Source: the human T2T-CHM13v2.0 reference genome, Homo sapiens. Taken from it: a stretch of DNA of 64,000 bases. Where the stretch lies: NCBI RefSeq assembly GCF_009914755.1, contig NC_060932.1; one strand, 5' to 3'. Below, one piece after another: positions 28,691 through 42,699 of the stretch (within the stretch, counting starts at the first letter, position 1; each line of letters opens with the position of its first letter). The translations under genes were made by a program, and so were the position numbers. Below the pieces are notes generated by a model. That model was not told the origin of the DNA, did not search any database, and worked only from the letters and a program-made list of their open reading frames with translations.

Positions 28691-29539
28691 CAGAGAAGAG
28701 GTTGAAAATGTCTCCCCTTTCAAGAAACCTTTCCTGACTAATTCCACACCACTCTGTTTACTCAACTCATTAGGAGGCATTGAATGACATCCTCTCTAAG
28801 CTGCAAGTCCCCATATAGGTGATTTAATACATGCCTTACTGAACAGTTGAGGAAATTGAGTCCCAGAAAAGACATTACTTGTCTGAGGTCAAGTGGCAGA
28901 TTCAAGACCTTAAACCAGGTATTTTCCACTTTTATTGGTACTGGTACAATTAGTTTACACCAATTTCCTACTTCTTCATAGGTCGCTTATTTACCCTCTG
29001 GTTATTTTGTGTTTATGTAATTTGTAGTTTTTGTTGTTTTCCAAGGTCATAGAGGATAGGAACTAGACTACTATTTTGTTACCTTCTCTGTTCCTCAGTG
29101 TTGACCTTTTTGACTTCATGGGCTATTTTAAAGAATAAATAAGCTGGTGTGGATAAAACTCCTTGCAAAAAGCATGATAGACAACAGCTGTTCAACAAAC
29201 ATAATTGGACAATCAGAAGGTATTTAGAATGTGATGGAACTGATGAATGAATGACAGTATAGAGTAGTCAGTGACATTTCTTTTTATCAATATTTTGATC
29301 AAGGACTGCCAAATACTATGTAGATAGTCCTGACATCAGGAAGTTAGCTACATGGACAGATGCTGTGTAGGTCTGGATCTCAGAGGGAAAGTCCAACCCT
29401 GTCGTTCTGCCTGTGGGCAGGTGCCCCTCTGGGATTCACTGTTCCTGAATCTATAGCCACAGAAATCTATCCTAGGTACACACAGTATGCATACCAGGAG
29501 AATGATGGAATTTGTAATGATCATTAGTGTAATGGACAT

Positions 29540-30445
29540 TTGAAATGTTTATACTACCTAGCATTCATTCGTCCTTCCTAGAAACATCCTGATTTCCTTT
29601 TGAGGCAAGGCTTTGCTCACTGTGATGTCTTGGGACAATCCCTATGTCAGTTAGCTGTTATGGAAGTGAAAAGGACAAGATTTTTTCTCTCCCTATCCTG
29701 GCATAGCCTGGGGTAGGGTATGGGTGTGGCATATCACCAAAGCTTAGAAATCAGACACATCTTCCTGGGACTTTGAATTTTGAGTGAGTGATGGAAAAAT
29801 GAGAGAAACAGTTGGAATTTCTGTAGTTCAGTGGTGGTGCCCTGACCAGTGCTTAGTTCTTGATTCCTGGTTCTCTGGAGCTGGCTTGGATTCTGCCTGC
29901 TTCCAGGCTGGCTCTGCAGCTTCTGGTCAGTTCCTCAAGCCCCTCATTTCACTTGGCTGGAGTTAGCCATCTGGATTAGTCTGCTCAGGCTGCCACAGAC
30001 TGCAAGGCTGAAACAACAGAAATTAATTTCCCCACAGTTCTGGAGGCTGAAAGTCCAAGATTGACGTTCCAGCAGGGGCTGTAGACTGTAAGTTTGTGTT
30101 ATGGTTTCTTGTGAGGGCTCTGTTCCCTGCTTGCAGATGGCCACTTTGGCCTCTCATGGCCAAAAGAAACCTCTGTGCATGTATGTGGGAAGAGAGGAGA
30201 AAGGACAGAGCATGCATGAGGGAGCAAGCTCCCCGATGTCTCTTCTTATAAGAACACTAATCCTGTTGGATCAGGGTCCCACTCTTACGAACTCATTTAA
30301 CCTTAATTACTTCCTTACTCAAAATACAGTCCACACTGTGGGGTTACGGCTTCAACATATGAACTTACTCTGGGGGAGGACACAAACTTACAGTCCATAA
30401 CACTAGCCAAGGTCAGTTTTCCTTGCTTGCAAATCAGGAAACTAA
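29540..30445 (+). mobile_element. Old MaLR LTR (MLT1K/L-like) interrupted by MLT1B
   Basis: 'cttcctgggactttgaa' and terminal 'tagccaaggtcagttttccttgcttgcaaatcagga'. Confidence 0.5.
29972..30402 (-). mobile_element. MLT1A/B MaLR solo LTR
   Basis: 'ttagtctgctcaggctgcca...cacagttctggaggctgaaagtccaaga...cttcaacatatgaa...cagtccataaca'. Confidence 0.85.
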
Positions 30446-32209
30446 ATCTAAATTTGCTAGTCTTATTTTTTCCTTCTGAACTCCAAAATAAAAATGCTTT
30501 GTTCTTTCATCTTGTTCTGCAAAACTAGCTCTACATTGTTGGTCAAAACAGTAGTCTGTTTAACAAAAAGCAAGGGAACTTTGACCGACATCAGTCCTCC
30601 TTTCACCTCCTCTCACCTCCTCTCCTCCTTGCATCTTTGCTGGCTCTCATGGCATTTCTTGAGCAAGCCTGTCAGGCAGGCAGGTGACTGGAGACTCTCT
30701 GATGTCATTCTCCACACTGATGTCAGATGCCAACCTTGGGGCTGGCTGGGTGGAAAAATGACCAGCTTGGCTCTGAGAGTTCTGGCTCCATGTTGCAAGA
30801 AGTTGGCAATTTTCTTCTTCCTTTTTTCTTTTTATTGCTTGTTCCACAGTCTGAGGCACATACACAGCTGGTTGGCAGTTCTGCTTCTAAAGCTGTGGCA
30901 CTCCCCATCTTAAAGGTTTTGAATCTGCCTGCTGTTCCAGACATGGGGACAATGACAAATTATATTAAGCCAGGCCCTTCTTCCAAGGATCCCCAAGTTA
31001 GAAGTCTGTGTGGAGCCTGGCAGAGGGAAATGTACATTAAACTCTCCCAAGGATAAGGCTGTTCTCGAACAATCCACCCCATGCCACATTTATACCTGAA
31101 GAGTCACCAACCAGGTTGGAGAAAGGTGCATATGAATGTGGCTCTGAAAAACTTTTGCTTCATGCTCATTTCATTTTTTATTCTGCCCCAGTAGTCCCCT
31201 CTGCACCTGGGAATCACTCAGTATGAAGTAAACCATAGCACTTTCCAGAACTGTTTTTGTGTTTTTTCAACTGCAGATGTCCGGGAAACAGTAAACTCTT
31301 GTTTTGAAGCTTTTTAAAAATTGAGCTTTTGATTCCAAGCAACTGAAAATGGTTCCTGTTTATGTTTCTTATTGGTGATAGTTTAACTAGCTAGATTTTG
31401 TTTTTTCTGGATTATGGTTTTTTTTTTTTTTTTTTTTAATAGTTTTCCTTTAGGAGTTTACCAGTCCCTGGAGCTCATTGGTAGCAGAGGAAAAAAGTGT
31501 CCGGAGAAATTGAATTTCTTTTATGTCCACAGAAAAAGTGGCCAGCTGCCATTATAGGATAAACCTAGGGCTTTCTTCCCAGGGGCTCATGGATTAGTAA
31601 AATCTGAGCAATGGTACTGCCCTTTTTTTGGTAAGGCTAGAATATATACTTTGGAAAGTGTCTATAAAATTAAGTCAATATAACCACTTATTTCTGGCAT
31701 TTGTTATGGGATAATTATCCTAATAGTTCTTTAGTCTTGTAATTTAGTAAAATGGATATTTTCCTTACTCTTGAGTTGCTTGGGCAAGCATGACTAATAG
31801 TTACCGAAGTGTAGATCGTTTATTAACATGTCTAAATCCTTCTTTTTAAGTCAGCCTAACAGGTAGTTGTTACCATCATGCAGCATTTTCACCAGTTCTT
31901 CCCATACCTAACAATTAAAATTGCCCACATGTGATTGAGAATTCATTGTGTGTACATTTCTGGGTTCCAGGATGGGGCCTGAATGAGGGATGTGATAAAG
32001 GAAGTATTTACAGATAAAGCATGCATATTTGTAGTTAGTTTAGACTATAGATAATGCAGATTATGTGGAAATCAAAGTGGAGACAGAGTTGGTTTTGTCA
32101 GGGCATGTTTCTTAGAGGGGAGTTTATGGAGTTGTTGGTGGGAAGTGCTAATTCCAGGCTGGAAGATGGCTGAGAAGAAATGCGAATGGAAAAGCCAGGT
32201 AGGTGAGAA

Positions 32210-32420
32210 AACTAATTATTGTTGAGCAGTCATACGTGCCTGACACTGTGCTAGTGCTTTACCACTGTCTTCAAAAATTAAATCTCCTTTATTAATTTAC
32301 AATGTGGTAGGAATTTTTTGCTTTATTTGGGAGGAGGAAACTAAGACTAGGGTTATGCAAAGAATATTAGAGGTGATAGTAGAATTTAGGGTTACTTGAC
32401 TCCAAATAATGAAAGTGAAT
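32210..32420 (-). mobile_element. MIR (diverged)
   Basis: 'attattgttgagcagtcatacgtgcctgacactgtgctag', 'gaggaaactaagactagg'. Confidence 0.6.
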
Positions 32421-32599
32421 AAGACTAACATAGGAGATACTTCCCTGGCTGCAAGGGAGGGGTCTTCATGGGGTGAATCAAGAGAAGAATTTGATTCCTT
32501 GGGACTGGGACAGTGAAGGCACATTTATATCTCATAGGAAAGACAACCTGAGGCTCCTGTAGCTCCTTGAGCAGGCTACTGACATGATAGGGAAGCACA

Positions 32600-32915
32600 T
32601 TATATCTGTGATATTTATCCATGATGTTGAGAGTATCAGTAGTTTTTTCTTTATTGCCATGTCATAGTCTATGGATGATGAACACTTTGGTTGTGTCCAG
32701 TAATGACTTTCTACAATAAAGCTGCTAGTGACAATCTTATACAAGTCTTTTAGTGTTTGAAACCACTGATTTTTGTTTGAGATATTCCCAAGAGAAGAAA
32801 GACTATATCACAGGCATACACGTGTTTGGCTTTAGTAGGCACTGCCAGGCAAACATTTTCCCAAGCTGGTTGTACCTATTTACATTCTTATCAGCAGGGT
32901 AGAAGAGTTCCAGTC
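32600..32915 (-). mobile_element. L1ME-type fragment
   Basis: 'gatgaacactttggttgtgtccag', 'ttttcccaagctggttgtacctatttacattcttatcagcag'. Confidence 0.7.
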
Positions 32916-33484
32916 TGTTTAACTTTCATATCTTGTCTTCCTGGCATGACTTCGGATAGGAAATTATGCAACAAGGGACATACTGTTTCTTATCAGCCAT
33001 ATGGCCTGCACAGAGACTGTGGGTCACAGTGGTGTAAAAAAACACCAAACAACTTAATAATCAGAAGCTCACCAAGAATCAGATCCTCCACACTACAAAA
33101 AGGCTAAAGGAAACTGCAGGAAAGTCAAGATCTTCCAGATTCTGACAAAGGGAACAATATGACTCAAACCTTCCATGCGCTGTTTGAAAATGTTAGCCTG
33201 TTCCTTACCTTTTGACATCAGGATATTACTGAAAGGTAAACCAAATGACTGTACACCACTGAGCCAAAAACTCTGTTTAAATGATAGTCTGAGGCAAACA
33301 GATCTTTTTATTTGAGAACAATAAAATGGTTTTGTCTTCTTAGATGATCTAAAAAATTTTCTAAGCAACAACTGTAGCTCTTTGTTCTCAACTTTCTTGT
33401 AGGTTCAGGCAAAGGCCTGATAACTTTTTCTAGTTAGTTGTTGAACATGGATGTGATGGTTCTCCTTTCATGAAAGACAGCAAC

Positions 33485-34065
33485 TGTGATGGTTAATTTA
33501 AGGTGTCAACTTGACTGGGTAAAATGATGCCCAGATAGCTGATAAAACATTATTTCTGGGTATGCCTGTGAGGGCGTTGCTAGAAGAGATTAGCATTTGA
33601 ATCTGTGGACTGAGTAAAGAAGATCCATTCTCCCCAATGTGGGCAGCTATCATCCAATTCATTGAGTGCTTGAATAGAACAGAAAGGTGGAGAGTGGGCA
33701 AATTTACTCTTCTAGAGCCAGGACATCTATCGTCTCCTGCCCTTGGACATCGGAGCACCTTGTTCTCAGGCCTTTGGACTCCAGGGCTTACCCCAGTAGC
33801 CAACGCCAGCTCCCTATTCCCTCTGCTGCTGGTTCTCAGGCCTTTAGACTTGACCTGTGACCTGTATCATTAGCTTCTGTGGTTCTTAGGCTTTGGACTC
33901 AGATGAATTACACCAGTGATTTCCTGGTTCTCCAGCTTGCAGATGGCATATCATGAGACTTCTCCACCTCCGTAATTGTCTGAGCCAATTCCCATAATAA
34001 ATCTCCACTTTTATCTATCTATCTCCTATTGCTTCCGTTTCTCTGGAAGAATGCTGGCTAACACA
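33485..34065 (+). mobile_element. MLT2B/C ERVL solo LTR
   Basis: 'tgtgatggttaatttaaggtgtcaacttgactggg...gagccaattcccataataaatctcc...ctggctaacaca'. Confidence 0.9.
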
Positions 34066-34087
34066 AAGATGTAGTAAAAAGCACATG

Positions 34088-34333
34088 AGCACATTGAGAG
34101 GCTGAGGCAGGTGGATCATGAGGTCAGGAGTTCAAGACCAGCCTGGCCAAGATGGTGAAACCCAGTCTCTACTAAAAATACAAAAATTAGGCAGGCGTGG
34201 TGGCGGATGCCTGTAATCCCAGCTACTCGGGAGGCTGAGGCAGAGAATTGCTTGAACCCGGGAGATGGAGATTGCAGTGAGCCAAGATCATGCCACTGCA
34301 CTCCAGCCTGGATGACAGAATGAGACTCCAACT

Positions 34334-34364
<31 letters not shown>
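34088..34364 (+). mobile_element. 5'-truncated AluSg-like
   Basis: 'ggatcatgaggtcaggagttcaagaccagcctggccaagatgg'; TSD aaaaagcacatg on both sides. Confidence 0.93.
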
Positions 34365-34365
<1 letters not shown>

Positions 34366-34584
34366 CACATGCTATGCTTTTCAAATCTCATCTTAAGACA
34401 CATCTGTGCTATGTGATTCTAATTAAATGCCTCTCTGGGCTTGTTTGCTTATCTGTAATGTGGCAATGACAGTATCTCCCTCTCTCTGGGTTATAAGGAT
34501 GATGTGTGTGAAATATAGGTCCAGAGAAGACATGTGGATTGGACATAAAAAATATATCAGCCTCTTTTTGCTTTGATTTCTTGG

Positions 34585-34840
34585 TGGCAATGGTTGATGT
34601 TAACATTGGCTTTGGAGTCTGACCTGAGTGGGAACCTGGAACTTGGCTCTGCCATGAACTGGCTGTTTGACCAGGACAAGTTATTTAATGTTACTGGGTC
34701 TCAGGTTCTTCACGGTAAGATGTCAATGATAATATTGCCCACATTATACAGTTATAATAAGGATTAAATGTGATAATATACGTAAAGCAAACTAGTTAGA
34801 GGCCGCTACGTAATAGTGACTCAATACATTTGTTTCCTTT
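34585..34840 (+). mobile_element. MIR SINE
   Basis: 'ggctttggagtctgacctgagtg...gaccaggacaagttatttaatgttactgggtctcagg...ggattaaatgtgataatatacgtaaagc'. Confidence 0.8.
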
Positions 34841-35276
34841 TACATTCTAAGATTTCTCCCACATGAGAATTGTGGTTCTAATATTTGGAACTCTAACATA
34901 AAGGGTTTGAATTGCAAGGTGTCTAATGATAGAGAAGACTTGCAGTTACCTAATGATCTGAAGCAGAATATGTAAACCTGAATTTTTTTTGGCAAAGTTT
35001 ATCTTTTATGATTTAGTAAAAGAATGGGACTATTTACCTGAGCATTTCAGCTTTATAAATGATCATTTGATAATTGATGTATGATAACAAGCTTTTCAGT
35101 TTGTATTTGTTGTATAGACTTAGTTGTATTGGCCCCTCCCTCCATCCCCCCACCAAAAAAAAGAAAAAAAAAAGAATTCTAAACTCTTGCTAGTGAACCC
35201 AGTATTTATGATGATCCAAGTGGATATACACCAAAGGTCAAGAGGGTAGCTTATTTCTGGGCAAATACTTTCAGGT

Positions 35277-35845
35277 CAGTGGATCTCACTGGGGGCATTT
35301 TGGAAATCTGTGGGAGCATTATTATTGCAAAGCGCTGCTAACATGTAGTGGTCAGAACGCAAGGGTGCACAATATTCTCTAATGTGTAGAATTGCCCCAC
35401 ACTGCAATAATCATCTTGTTTCCCAGTTACTTCTCAAATGTCTTGATCTTCGAGGTAGGGCCTTCCATTTTTCTTATTATCTCCAGACTTGAAATTGCCA
35501 TAGGTTGACATATATCATAAGAAATTTTAGTATCCATCAGCACCCCACTTCTTTCATTTTTCTGTATGCACACAGAATGTCTTCTGGTCTTTACTCAAAT
35601 ACAAGCATTCGGTGTGCGTGAATACATGCGTTAGACTATTTCATTGTTTCCTACTGCAGTCCTGCATAAGCATTTACATATTAACATACAAATCATTTTA
35701 TTATAAATTACTTTTATTTATCCTTTACATTGTAGTTAGTAGATCAGTTTTCTGAAATTGTAAATATATGTTATATAATTTATCAATTTAGTTTTAGAAT
35801 TGTACAGACAGCTGTAAAAAGGGGGTGATGAGACTGATAGGAAGT
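35277..35845. mobile_element. MER20B-like hAT-Charlie fossil
   Basis: 'cagtggatctcactgggggcattttggaaatctgtgggagcatt', 'ttattataaattacttttatttatcctttacatt'. Confidence 0.55.
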
Positions 35846-36067
35846 CCATTCTCCACAAGTTTTTTGGGAACATTTTTACTTAGTGAGGTTTTCAGTTCCT
35901 ACCCATCTCCACAGCGTTCTTACATTACAGATAAGTTACGTGACTGTTAAAAAAGACAAATGTCAGGAAGAAATAGTTGAGCAGAGACTCCACACTGTAC
36001 CTTGGTTTATTTTCCTGCTGTATGCTTATGATTCTTGTAGGACCAAAACATTTTTGCTTTTAAGAGG

Positions 36068-36442
36068 CTTTTAAGGACTGAATTGTGTCTTCATAAAATT
36101 CATATGTTGAAGCCCTAACCCCCAATGTGACTATATTTGGAGATAGGGCCTTTAAGGAGGTAATTAAGGTTAAATGTGGCCATCAGGGGCAAGGTCCTAA
36201 TCCAATAGGGCTGGTGTCCTCAGAAGAAGAGGAGACACCAGGTATGCAGAGCACAGAGAAAAGGCCACGTGAGGACACGGTGAAAAGTTGACCATCTGCA
36301 AGCCAAGGAGAGAGGCCTCAGGAGAAACCAGGAACACCTTGATGTTGTACTTCTAGCCTGCAGAATTGTGAGAAAATTAATTTCTGTTGTTTAAGCCACT
36401 GTCTGTGGTATTTTGTTACGGTAGCCCTAGAAGACTAGTACA
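36068..36442 (+). mobile_element. MLT1A0/B MaLR solo LTR
   Basis: 'ggactgaattgtgtc...aaattcatatgttgaagccctaacccccaatgtgactatatttggagatagggcc...gtggtattttgttacggtagcc'. Confidence 0.9.
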
Positions 36443-37057
36443 AGGAAGGGGCACCTAATTTTCCGAGAGCCTGACCACCAGCCCCTTCTGTTCTGTCCTT
36501 CCTTCTAACACCTGCTTCCCCTGATTACCTTAAATCACATACCTACCTCCTTGGAGATGTACCTGATTTCTTCCTAATCTTTACTCTCTTCTACCTAGGA
36601 TTTTGTTCTACTTTCTGCTGGATTTAATGCACCTCCTCCTTTTCTCCATTTCTGCTCCTTTTCCTCACTGTTCCTTCCCCTGGCCTCTACTCTTACCTAC
36701 CCATCTGGTAGACACATGGAGGCATATGAGATTTATGAGTAGATACCAGCTGATAGAAGAGAGTCTCCAACTGCAGGAAGCCATGTGACAGGCAATGACC
36801 TAGAGAGGCACAGCTATCATGGCAAATCCTACCAAACAGGATGCTCCTCTTTGGTACCAGTTTGCTGTGTTGGCAGAATTAAAGAGATGGGTAGTAAAGA
36901 TCTGGGGCATCAAAGGAAGACAAAGCTTTGGGATTCTTTCAACAGTCTGACTTATTTATTCCCTATTAAGCTGGGTAGAAACCAAAAAATCCTATCACGT
37001 TTTGCATCTTCGTTAGGGGAAAGTGCAATATACGAGCTAATTATCATGTAGAGATGA

Positions 37058-37270
37058 CAATGCAGTGGTTAAGAATGCAGGTGTTGGGTTCAAATCCTGG
37101 ACTGGCTACTCCTTATCTGTGTCATCTTGGGCAAGTTAACAAAACTCTGTATGCCTCAGTTTCCTCATCTACATGATGGGAATGATAATAATGTCTACCT
37201 AGGTTGGTATGTAAAGGCTTAGACTTTTGTCTGGCACATAGAATTTTTATGTTAACTATTATAATAAATA
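37058..37270 (+). mobile_element. MIR SINE
   Basis: 'cagtggttaagaatgcagg...gggttcaaatcctgg...gcctcagtttcctcatct'. Confidence 0.9.
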
Positions 37271-37285
37271 CATTATGTAATCGCA

Positions 37286-37567
<282 letters not shown>

Positions 37568-37794
37568 ATAACTGCAATTTATGAAGTGTTTTCACATCCT
37601 CTGACTCTCTAGAGAGTCCCCATTTTATATCATTGATTTTAAAACCTAGGTTCAAGAATAATGGTTTTATTTAAATTTATCAATTGTATGTTTTGGAAGA
37701 CAAGGTTAAATTGGTGGAATATTTAAATTCATATAATAATGATTTTTGTAATGGAAATCTACAACATTGGCTTTCTTTAAATTTTTGTTGCATG

Positions 37795-37945
37795 GAGCGG
37801 TATTTCTGCAAGATGTTCTCCAGGAAAGGGTTCTGTTAAAATATAATTGGTTGTAGCACAAAATATGCCATCTTGGAGACTCACAATGAATATCAGCATG
37901 TTAAAGGCTCATAAAAGTCTTTTAAAGAAAATGGGTTAACTTCAA
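37795..37945. mobile_element. MER103-like hAT-Charlie fragment
   Basis: 'cttggagactcacaatgaatatcagcatgttaaaggctc'. Confidence 0.55.
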
Positions 37946-37954
37946 AAGTGTGAT

Positions 37955-38330
37955 CTTTACATGGTTTCCTAGAAAATGGAATCTGAGCTGAAGTTACAGT
38001 CTAAAGATTTATTGGGAGGTACAATCCTAGGGCAGCAAGAGTGAGGCCAGAAGGGACGTGAAATAGAGAAAGAGGAAAAGCAAGTGCTAGTTGATGTAGT
38101 ACCCATCTGGCTGCAGTTTCATAAGGAGGAGCACCTCATGACCAAGCAAGGGCTATGTCTTCTAGACAGGCTGTATGGAACCACCATGCATTGGAATTAT
38201 CTTGTTCAGAGTTTAACCATGGAGTATTAATGTCACTGCACTTAGGGGTTGTGTTACCGGGTGTCTTTGGGCAGCTGCTGGGTTAGACAGATTCCATGCT
38301 CTGCAACATGGCCTTGGGCCCTTGGGTTAG
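37955..38330 (-). mobile_element. LTR16/LTR33-like ERVL LTR fragment
   Basis: 'ggtttcctagaaaatggaatctgagctgaag...gatttattgggagg...cctagggcagcaagagtgagg'. Confidence 0.5.
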
Positions 38331-38727
38331 ATCTGGACATTGAATCTTCTGTTGTGCCTCTGCAGAGGATGTGATGGTGACTTTGTTAAGGCCTTGTCCT
38401 TACTCTGGGGAAGGCTGAGACAGCCTGTGGCATTGTGGAGAGGAGGCCCTGGTGGCTGATGGTATGGGAAAAGAGAGGGCCAAGCAAAGGCGGAGAGGCA
38501 TGTGAACTGAGTCCTGTATCCCATCCTTCCACAAACTTTGCCTGTATAAATCTCACTTCTTTCCCCTTTCCCCCTTTAAAATCACATCCATTATTATCCC
38601 ATAAAATTAGTGCCCTGAGGTGTAAATTATGATGTGTCTCTGTGTGTAATATGATAGATAATTGATACGACTGGTTTCCATGACTTTCAAAGGTGATTCT
38701 GAATATAGTGGCATAATTTTAGGATCC

Positions 38728-39183
38728 TGTTGGTGCAGGAGTTTTTGCTCCTTAGTTCAGCGAAATCTGGTTTCTTGTCTCATGACCAGGAAAAATTAGG
38801 CACGTGGACACATTGAAGGGTGAGGAGGATGGAATTTATTAAGCGAAAGGAAAGCTCTCAGCAAAGAGCTGGGGTCCTGTACACAGGTTTCCACCTCACA
38901 AATTGAATACCAGGCCACCACACACGAGCTGAAGAGGCCAGGCTCCTCCCCTGCATAAGGCCCAAATTTCTGGTGGCTCCACCCCATTTTTCCAGTGTGC
39001 ATGCAGGCCCTTAGTCTGAGCCACTCTACATTGACTTATTTCCCTTACTGTGCATGTGTTAAGGGATGGAATTTTTCACCTTGGGCATGTTTAGGTAAAC
39101 CCCCTGTGCACAATGACCTGGGTGGGCCAGAGGTTCTTTGGGGACCCTCCCTTATCTGCCTAGGCATTTGTCTGCCTCTATCT
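38728..39183 (-). mobile_element. MER66-like ERV1 solo LTR
   Basis: 'tttttgctccttagttcagc...gaccaggaaaaattaggcacgtggacac...gaatttattaagcgaaaggaaagctctcagcaaagag...gggaccctcccttatctgcct'. Confidence 0.7.
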
Positions 39184-39450
39184 TTGTGGTTTCACTGACA
39201 ACATTCCACTTTAAGTTTGGGGCGACAGCTACAGCCATACTGAGTTGGAGTTATGGTTAATCCTATTCAGTATTCCTTTGCAAAGGGTTGATCCCAAGTA
39301 ATGTCATCAGGAGCATTTGTGTTTCTTCCTAATGTCAGTCTCCCCTTGTTCGCAAACCTTCAGTTTGTCATTTACCTTTTGACCTTATTTTTGATTTTTG
39401 AAAAATCTGTTGATATTTATAAAACAACTTAAGAAGGGTTTAACAAAATA

Positions 39451-40760
39451 TTTTATATTTTGAGACTATTTTGAACTTACAGGAAAGTCGCAAGAATGGT
39501 ACAAAGAACTCCCGTATATTCTTCATCCAGAGACCTCATTCAAGTTTTGCCAATGTCCCAATAATGTTCTTTAGAGCAAAAGAATCCAGGTCAAAGTTAT
39601 ATGTTGCTTTTAGTTATCACGTCTCTGTGGTCTCCTTCAGTTTGGAACAGTTCCTCAGTCCTTCCATGGCTTTTATGATTTTAATATTTTTAAAGATTAC
39701 AGGCCATTTTGTAATATATTACTCAACTTGGCTTTGTCCAATGTATCTTTTTGACTAGGCCTCAAGTTTTTTATTTTTGGCTGGAATACCACAGAAGTGA
39801 ATGTGTTGATATCATATCTTATACTGTGGCACATGATGTTGATCTGCTCCATCACTGGTAGTGCTAGCATTGATAACTTCCTGGAGATGGTGTCTGCCAG
39901 GTTCTATCACTATGAAGTTCCTCCCTCTTTCCCCTTTACAATTCATAAGAATTTTGTAGACAGATACTTTGAGATTCTGTAAAACTCATTCCTCACACCA
40001 CTTTTATCCACTAGTTTTCAAATACATTGATGTTTCCTGTCTCAATTAGTGACTACTATCATGTTGCCAAATGGTGATTTTGTAGTTCTGTCATTCTTTC
40101 TGTATTTGGTGGTTGGCATTCTACTGTAAGGAAGATCTTTCTTTTGTCTCTATTTATTTTTTCATTTATATGAGTGTGCACTCCTGGATTTTACTCAATG
40201 GTTCTTAGTCCGTTACTATCATTATTTATTTTGATGCTCAGATTGTCCCAGACTTTGCCAGTAGGAAACCTTACAAGCTGGCTTCTGTGTCCTTTTTACA
40301 TGTCCCTATCATTCTTTGAGCACTTTCCTATTTGCTTCACAGAACAAGATGTTCAAGGCTCATCTTATGTTTTCCCTGTGTTAGTCTTGGAATCAACCAT
40401 TTCTCCAAGGAGCCTTGGTTTCTTATAGTGAAGAGTGGCATTTAGAAATCAGTATCTGAACAGTAGGTGTGCTCATTATTACTGAGATGTAACTGATTCC
40501 AGGCTATCTCAGAAGGCAGCATTAGGAAATATATATGCGTATAAATATATTTGCACATATTTGCATTTGTATTTATTTTTGTATCTGTATATATTAAAGA
40601 CAATTCACTCTGCTATCTTCAATTCCAGTCACACATGACAGAGTTCATTTATCTTTCATGCTTTCCATATTTGTACCTCCTTTCTCCAATAGTGATAAAT
40701 CTGATTTCCATTTTCTTTAATATATTTATTTACTTGTTTAATCTCTCTGAATGTAGCTGA
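39451..40760 (-). mobile_element. L1MC4/5-like 3' fragment
   Basis: 'gaacttacaggaaagtcgcaagaatggtacaaagaactcccgtata', 'ttgatgctcagattgtcccagactttgccag', 'ggaatcaaccatttctccaaggagcc'. Confidence 0.85.
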
Positions 40761-40959
40761 TCTTCTGGCCACTGTTGGGCCATCAGCCCGCTTGGACATT
40801 CCTCACTGCAGGACCCAACCTCCACTCTCCTCACAATCCCTCCTCAACAAAGGAACGCTAGATGGAAATCTTAAAACTTAATTGTAACTTAGATTTTCTT
40901 AGTAGCTATTTCTGGCTTGGTCATTTATAATTTTTTCCAAATCTTTTGGGGCTTAATTT

Positions 40960-41440
40960 ACACTTCTCCTTTTTACCACTTTTTTGTAATGAGTTCCATG
41001 AATCTATACTTTGGGAACAGTACTCCCTATTTTTTCCTAAATTTAAGTTCCTTAAGTTTTAAAAGGTGGTCTAGAATTCTTACATTTCAGTACTTGGTGA
41101 ACACATTTCCAGTAGTTTAATTCCAGCCCTCAACTTAACCACCATAGGTCTCAGCAGGATTTGCTCACCTCCTATCCAAATGGTTCATGGTTTTATATAG
41201 TTTGATCATGGCTTCTTTGAGTTTCTTGTGTTCCTTCATGAGTAGTCAAATCTGCATGTATTGTGCCTGCCTTTTACCACCTTCTCTTGCCTCTTTCCAA
41301 AAAATGTCCTCATTTCATGATATGCTTTTTAACATCTGATTATCAATTTTTATACAATGTTCCAGCAGTTTTATATTAGGGCACAACTAATTTTTCTGTT
41401 TTGTTTGAATATTCTTGATTCTCCTTGGGCCACTGATGAC
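40960..41440 (-). mobile_element. Possible CR1/L3 LINE remnant
   Basis: 'ttcatggttttatatagtttgatcatg' and 'tatacaatgttccagc' resemble antisense L3 ORF2 3' sequence; very diverged. Confidence 0.35.
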
Positions 41441-41589
41441 TGTTTCTCTTTGAGGGAAGCCTGAAATGAAGGGAGGCTGGAATGTTCTTGATTGAGCTGG
41501 AACTCAATTAGGAGGGGCAGTTGTTCAAAGTGGCTCGTATGAGGTAACCCAGAGGAAAAATAGAATTATTGTCTTAGAAACAAGAAGAC

Positions 41590-41890
<301 letters not shown>

Positions 41891-42404
41891 GAAACAAGAC
41901 CAATTAAGAAGCAGGGTGAGAAAAGCCTCTGACCAATTGCCACAAATAGGGTTGGGGAGGGGGCGACATTGTTGAGGCCTCTTGGTTTAAAGACAAAGGT
42001 TAAGGCAGATGGTAGCAGAACATAGAACCTACTGGTTCTCTGAGAATAAACCTACTATTCTCTGAGAATAAACTACAGTAAATGTGAGAACCTTTTCCTG
42101 GATCAAAGTTCATTCTCTAGAACCTTTCATTCTATATGCATATTTTCAATAACTTTCCAGTTGTTTACTTAAAATAGATTTAGCATTCTTTCGGTTACTT
42201 ACAGAGACTTATAACACCAGCTTTTGACTTATGTTTTCTATCTCACTGGGCTGCATCTTTACCTGAAGGCTGTGGCAACAGCAGGTCCAGAGTCAGTTTT
42301 GATCTACGAAAGGGTTTTTCAGCAGCTATGATGCCAACCTTTGGTAGGGTTTAGAATTAAATTATTCTTTGGGACTTTGGAACTGGTGGCTTAGTTAACA
42401 CTGT

Positions 42405-42645
42405 GAGATAGTGTAGTACAGTAGGAGGTACCTAGGCTTTGGATTTACATTCAGCCTCTGGTTTCTGCTCTGTTACTTACTAGCTGTCTGTCTTCGTAAG
42501 TTTCTTACATTAGTTAGAACTCAGTTGCTTACCTGCGAAGTGGAGATACTATCTACTTCGCAGGATTAATTTTCAGAAACTGTATATAAAGTGGCCCATA
42601 GATGCTCAGAAAATGGTAGCTGTCTTTCTAATTATGACTACTACT
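42405..42645 (+). mobile_element. MIR SINE
   Basis: 'ctctgttacttactagctgt...ctcagttgcttacctgcgaagtggaga'. Confidence 0.75.
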
Positions 42646-42699
42646 GGACTCCCTTATTACTTCTTGAGTTGCTCAATTATTAAACATCCCTAGGATACT

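Noticed and set aside
31345-31365. atggttcctgtttat resembling the flank of MER121-like copy B (also ttaaaaacagaaggaaaaaattt at about 13532)
   Set aside because: The similarity does not extend; probably chance in AT-rich DNA.
42026-42076. About 22-bp tandem duplication containing ttctctgagaa palindromes
   Set aside because: Only two units, consistent with local slippage; the spacing does not fit STAT TTCN3GAA; not an array.
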